Positions 59,819 to 64,000 of a stretch of 64,000 bases of DNA are shown piece by piece. Numbering within the stretch: the first letter of the stretch is position 1; the number at the start of each line of letters is the position of its first letter. This DNA comes from Oligoflexia bacterium. GTDB taxonomy: Bacteria; Bdellovibrionota; UBA1018; CAIMNF01. A model generated the notes under the pieces. It searched no databases and was not told the origin of the DNA. It worked only from the letters and a program-made list of their open reading frames with translations. The stretch lies in contig CAIKYX010000260.1 in NCBI GenBank assembly GCA_903831745.1, positions 16,433 to 80,432 of the forward strand. Reading direction: 5' to 3'. A program made the position numbers and the translations under genes.

Positions 59819-60586
59819 TTACTCTTCAGTAGTAGAATAAGTTTTTAATTTTGAGATTCGGGCTGAGAGCTTTTCTTTGACCAGCGGATCAATTCGGGCG
59901 CTGGCTTCATAAATTTCATACTCTTGTGCAGCTTCCGCTGGTTCATTGATATTTTCGAGTGCGACCGCCAGGTTAAAATGACCTTCAGTCAGCTTGGGGT
60001 TCAAAATCAGGCTTTTTTGCAGGTAACTCACGGCTTCGTCATACTGATGAAGCGCAAGACTTAACGATCCCAGATTATTGTAGATCGTCGCCAGCACCGT
60101 TTGAGGCGTGTTTTCTAGATGCAGGGCCTCGATGAATATTTTTTTAGCGACCGGGTATTCCTTCAGTTTAAAATGAACCATTCCAAGATTATTCAAAATT
60201 TCTGCCGAATGTGGATAGTTTTTAGCGAGAGACTCGAGGCTCTCCAAAGCACCGTTGTAATCCTGAAGCTCGAACGAATGAATCGCACTTCGACTCACTC
60301 GAAGATCAGCGGGTTCAGCCACTTTTTCAGCTCCAATACCAGGAACCAAGGGCTTCTCTGCTTTGACTGCGATCTGAACCGCCCGAAGCTTGAGTTGAAC
60401 CACACGAACTCCCAAATAGGCTGAAGCCACGAAAAACAGGCCCATCAGCGCAAGTCGAACGCGCGAGATCTTTTTCTTACCGTCAAAAATCACCGGAGGA
60501 GGCGGTGGAACCACCCGTAAATCGGGCCGCCCGTTCGCGACTTCCTCGGTCTTTTCTTGAAATAACTGTTTTAGCACTCGACTCAT
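59819..60586 (-). CDS. Membrane-anchored TPR protein (MshN-like)
   Basis: MSRVLKQL, TM, TPRs (ILNNLGMVHF, YNNLGSL, HFNLAVALE). Confidence 0.8.
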   Translation of the reverse strand: MSRVLKQLFQEKTEEVANGRPDLRVVPPPPPVIFDGKKKISRVRLALMGLFFVASAYLGVRVVQLKLRAVQIAVKAEKPLVPGIGAEKVAEPADLRVSRSAIHSFELQDYNGALESLESLAKNYPHSAEILNNLGMVHFKLKEYPVAKKIFIEALHLENTPQTVLATIYNNLGSLSLALHQYDEAVSYLQKSLILNPKLTEGHFNLAVALENINEPAEAAQEYEIYEASARIDPLVKEKLSARISKLKTYSTTEE

Positions 60587-60682
60587 ATCTGTCTCCCCTT
60601 CATTTCGGCGAAAGCGTCAAAAATCTTGAATGTTTTTTGACGCTCTAGCCAGCGGGCGTCCCTGCTGTATATAATTGAATTC

Positions 60683-62218
60683 ATGAATCTGCTTCGCTCT
60701 TCCAAAGGCTTTACTTTGGTCGAACTCGTGATGGTGCTCGGAATGATCAGCATTTTTGCTGTGCTATCCATATCGCTCATCAGCAGCACTACTGATCAGT
60801 CCCGCTTCGAAAAGACGGTCGAACAAATGAAGCAAATCCGCGAAGGCCTGATCGGATCCGTAAATCACGAAAATTCGGGTCACCAACGCTCGTTCGGATA
60901 TTTGGGTGATATCGGCGATTTGCCCTCGACCGCAGATGGTATCAACGGACTGATTAAGAACCTTCGTTATTCTTCGTGGTCGATGGACCCCGCATCGAGA
61001 ATCGGTGTAGGTTGGAACGGGCCTTACCTTCAACATATTTCAGACACCGGCAATAATTTTCTCGTCGACGGCTGGGGAAATCCTTTTATTTATGACAACA
61101 CGATCGACCCTGCCACGATTACGAGTTATGGCGCAGACGGAGCTCCCTTTGGAACCGGATACAACTCCGATATCGTGGTTCAGATTCCCTATTCTACTTC
61201 GACTGGAACACTTCACGGAGTGATCTTGAACAGTGGCGTTGCATGGGATAGCGACGCCCAGATTGTGGTGAACTATCCGTATGAGGGTACTGTCACTCAA
61301 CTTCCGGCGATCACCGTCGCACCGGGCGATGTGGGCGCATTCACTACTCCACAAACCATTCCGTTCGGCGTCAGGTCTGCGATGGTTTACTTACCCACCC
61401 AAGCAGGTGCAACCACCACGCTCGGCCCGGTGATCTTTACGATGGATAAACCGGATACGTTGGTAAAGTTTGATATTGTAAATGCGACCGGAACACCGGC
61501 CCCACTTTGTACCTCGGCCATGCTTGCTGCGAGCTGGACCCCGGAATATGCTTCAATTACCCATTATATTCCGATGGACGATTGCACCGCCGGCATGTCG
61601 CCCGCCTGCGAAGACATGATTACCGGAAATCCAACTGCGCTGACCTTGAATGGCTCGGCCGTGATTGGCGCTGGTAACTTTAGCACGCAGGGTCTGATTT
61701 GCGATGGCACCGCACTTTGCGATGCCCAACTGCAAGCACCGCTCTTGACTCGAAACTTTACCATCGCATTTTGGTACAATCCCAATTCAATCGGTGCAGC
61801 TAACCAATACCGTCCGTTTGGCGGAGGAGAATCGATCGCCGGAAATAACGGAATCGATTTTATCATCAATGACGGAACCGGAGCAAAAGTGATGTTCAGA
61901 AATGCCGGTACCAATTTTGATTTTTCGTGTGGAGCCTCTCCGCCGACCGGAATCTGGGAACACGTGGTCATTACCTCATCGTCCGCACTGGGAACATTCT
62001 GCTACCGGAACGGCGTCTTACGCGGAGCTAATCCGGCCGCAAAAATCACCACCCTCCTTCCGGGAGCCGAAGCCAATTTTGTTTACATCGGCAGCAGTGG
62101 AGACGGAGACCTGGGCGGAAGCTCTTTCGATGGCGCCGTAGATGACTACGCAATCTGGAACGTCATGCTGACCCCTCCGGAAGTAAGAACCGTCTACAAT
62201 TGTCAATCCAGCTTTTGA
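60683..62218 (+). CDS. Prepilin-like protein with GspG-type head, beta-sandwich and C-terminal LamG/ConA-like domain
   Basis: SKG|FTLVELV, GWNGPYL, DGWGNPFIY, SYGADG; FTIAFWY...WEHVVIT...YRNG...IG...FDGAVDDYAIWNVMLTPPEV. Confidence 0.85.
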   Translation: MNLLRSSKGFTLVELVMVLGMISIFAVLSISLISSTTDQSRFEKTVEQMKQIREGLIGSVNHENSGHQRSFGYLGDIGDLPSTADGINGLIKNLRYSSWSMDPASRIGVGWNGPYLQHISDTGNNFLVDGWGNPFIYDNTIDPATITSYGADGAPFGTGYNSDIVVQIPYSTSTGTLHGVILNSGVAWDSDAQIVVNYPYEGTVTQLPAITVAPGDVGAFTTPQTIPFGVRSAMVYLPTQAGATTTLGPVIFTMDKPDTLVKFDIVNATGTPAPLCTSAMLAASWTPEYASITHYIPMDDCTAGMSPACEDMITGNPTALTLNGSAVIGAGNFSTQGLICDGTALCDAQLQAPLLTRNFTIAFWYNPNSIGAANQYRPFGGGESIAGNNGIDFIINDGTGAKVMFRNAGTNFDFSCGASPPTGIWEHVVITSSSALGTFCYRNGVLRGANPAAKITTLLPGAEANFVYIGSSGDGDLGGSSFDGAVDDYAIWNVMLTPPEVRTVYNCQSSF

Positions 62219-62342
62219 AAAAGCTACCAAAACACTCGGGATTTTTAAATTCAATGTATTTATTAATTCGCTCTTTTTTTATTCCCCGCCCAGAATTTCA
62301 GAGACTTAAAGGTCCTGTTTAAGGCAAAATGGTAGACAAATC

Positions 62343-63083
62343 ATGAGTCAAATCGAAGCCGTTCTACTCACCGACATCGGGGTAAAACGAAAACAAAATC
62401 AAGATGCAGGACTGATCCGGACGGACCTCGATTTTTATATCGTCGCGGATGGAATGGGCGGACACCAGGGCGGCGAAATCGCAAGCAAACTCTGTGTCGA
62501 CGAAGTGGCTGCGCACGTCGAAAAAACCAATAAAACTGCCGAAGACAACGTCATTCTTTATCAAGGACTCATGATCGCCAATCAAAAGGTAAATGAAATG
62601 GCGGTCCGAGAACCCCACCTTCATGGCATGGGCACCACGGCCACTGTCCTTAAAATTACCGATAGAACCGCCACGATCTTGCAAGTGGGCGACAGTCGCG
62701 CTTATTTCTTTAATCGGGACGGAATCTGGCAAATCACGCGAGATCATTCGCTCGTGCAGGAAAAATTGCGCGCAGGGCTAATTACCCGGGCCCAACTGAA
62801 AACCGATGACATGAAAAACGTCATCACCAGGTCCGTGGGATACGAGCTTCAAATGAAGGCCGACGCCTTTCAACTCACCCTCGAGGCCGGTGATGGCTTT
62901 CTCCTCTGTTCTGACGGGCTTTCGGGCCCCATCGAAGATGCCCAGTTGTTTGAATTTCTTGAAGAAACCATCACTTCTGGGGTAAGCTTGAAAGACTCCG
63001 CAGCAAAAATGATCGCAGAAGCGAACCGCCGGGGCGGGCTCGACAACGTAACGGTTTTACTCGTGAGAGTGAACGGGTTTTAA
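62343..63083 (+). CDS. PP2C/Stp1 Ser/Thr phosphatase
   Basis: TDIGVKRKQNQD, VADGMGGH, GMGTT, VGDSRAY, LCSDGL, GGLDNVT. Confidence 0.95.
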   Translation: MSQIEAVLLTDIGVKRKQNQDAGLIRTDLDFYIVADGMGGHQGGEIASKLCVDEVAAHVEKTNKTAEDNVILYQGLMIANQKVNEMAVREPHLHGMGTTATVLKITDRTATILQVGDSRAYFFNRDGIWQITRDHSLVQEKLRAGLITRAQLKTDDMKNVITRSVGYELQMKADAFQLTLEAGDGFLLCSDGLSGPIEDAQLFEFLEETITSGVSLKDSAAKMIAEANRRGGLDNVTVLLVRVNGF

Positions 63084-63102
63084 AGGACGATTTTTAAACG
63101 AT

Positions 63103-64000
63103 ATGGCACTGAACCGGTTTTACACCATCATGATTATCCCAGAGAACTCCTCGAAACCGAGGCAGTATCAGATTCCTGCTTGGGTGGTACGAGCCTCGCT
63201 GGTTTCACTTCCGATTCTGGTCATCATCGGCATTACCCTTTTCCTCGACTACCGTTTTGTGGCCAACCAGGTGTTCGAGAATCGCGAACTGCAATCCGAA
63301 AACCGCAAGCTCCGCCAGAATGTTCAGCTTTACCAAAACCGCATGGAGTCTCTCGAGTCGAGCCTGGATCGTATTGAAAACTTTTCAGCTCGTCTAAAAA
63401 TGATCACGAACCTGATGGATCGGGACAATCTTTCGCAACTCATCGAGGCATCACCTCCCAATGCAAGCAGCAATATTTCAGGAAACGACGCGACTGCAGG
63501 CGGAGCGAGCCCCCCCCTTTCTTCCTTCGACTTGCAGTTCGAAAAAGTCAGCACCCAGGCTACGGGCCTCGAATTCAATTTGCACAATCTCTACGAGCTT
63601 CTGTCTGACCAAAAGTCATTCTTGAATGCGCTTCCAACTAAAAAGCCCGCAGACGGTTTTTTAACCTCGGGATTCGGTGTTCGGGTTTCTCCGATCGGCG
63701 AGGCTGTAGAAAAGATGCATGAAGGTCTGGATATCGCGAATTCAGTCGGAACGCCGATTCGCGCTCCTGCCCAAGGAACCATTTCATTTGCCGGACGTAA
63801 ATCCGGTTATGGACAAATCGTCATCGTCGACCACGGCTATGGACTCGAAACCTGGTATGGCCATACTTCGAAAATCCTGGTCAAGCTCGGGCAACTCGTG
63901 CGCCGAGGACAACAAATCGCCCTCATCGGTAACTCCGGTGGCTCAACTGGCCCTCACGTTCATTACGAAGTGCGCGTGCACGGCATTCCGGTCGACCCAT
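63103..64000 (+). CDS. M23 metallopeptidase (TM + coiled coil + LytM), 3' end beyond the window
   Basis: Not in the ORF track. Manual translation MALNRFYTIMIIPE...TSGFGVRVSP...HEGLDIA...YGH...STGPHVHYEV...PVDP is open to the edge. Confidence 0.92.
   Translation, partial: MALNRFYTIMIIPENSSKPRQYQIPAWVVRASLVSLPILVIIGITLFLDYRFVANQVFENRELQSENRKLRQNVQLYQNRMESLESSLDRIENFSARLKMITNLMDRDNLSQLIEASPPNASSNISGNDATAGGASPPLSSFDLQFEKVSTQATGLEFNLHNLYELLSDQKSFLNALPTKKPADGFLTSGFGVRVSPIGEAVEKMHEGLDIANSVGTPIRAPAQGTISFAGRKSGYGQIVIVDHGYGLETWYGHTSKILVKLGQLVRRGQQIALIGNSGGSTGPHVHYEVRVHGIPVDP

Overview
A bacterial chromosomal segment. Gene content and style suggest a Bdellovibrionota/Oligoflexia-like diderm (inference only). 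Left half (1-29 kb) is mostly housekeeping and accessory genes: a PAS/HAMP histidine kinase running off the left edge, an XRE-PAS regulator, a complete IS3-family element (25-bp IRs, 3-bp target duplication, -1 frameshift), FKBP, family-5 UDG, two pseudouridine synthases, ahpC, LOG-cysE-fabI, nrdJ with NrdR boxes, ppk1, an unusual DUF2156/MprF-transferase-rhomboid fusion and a prkA-yeaH-spoVR operon. Right half (29.4-62.2 kb) is the main discovery candidate. A 5,940-aa Sec-exported modular adhesin (Ig-like stalk with eight 111-aa Cys-pair repeats, then three large Calx-beta/GLUG beta-helix modules, and no recognisable autotransporter, RTX or sortase signal) sits beside an MSHA-like/T2SS hybrid type IV filament locus. 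That locus has six prepilin-like genes (one LamG-tipped), PilC, secretin, MshK/O/N/M, ExeA/MshM, MshE with a c-di-GMP motif, MshN-like TPR and an orphan MotB-like protein wedged between pilM and pilN. Four transcription units of this region share a TATARTTGA promoter-like motif. The window ends with a PP2C phosphatase and a truncated M23 peptidase. No rRNA, tRNA or CRISPR array was seen. All calls come from motif recognition by eye; no database search was run.
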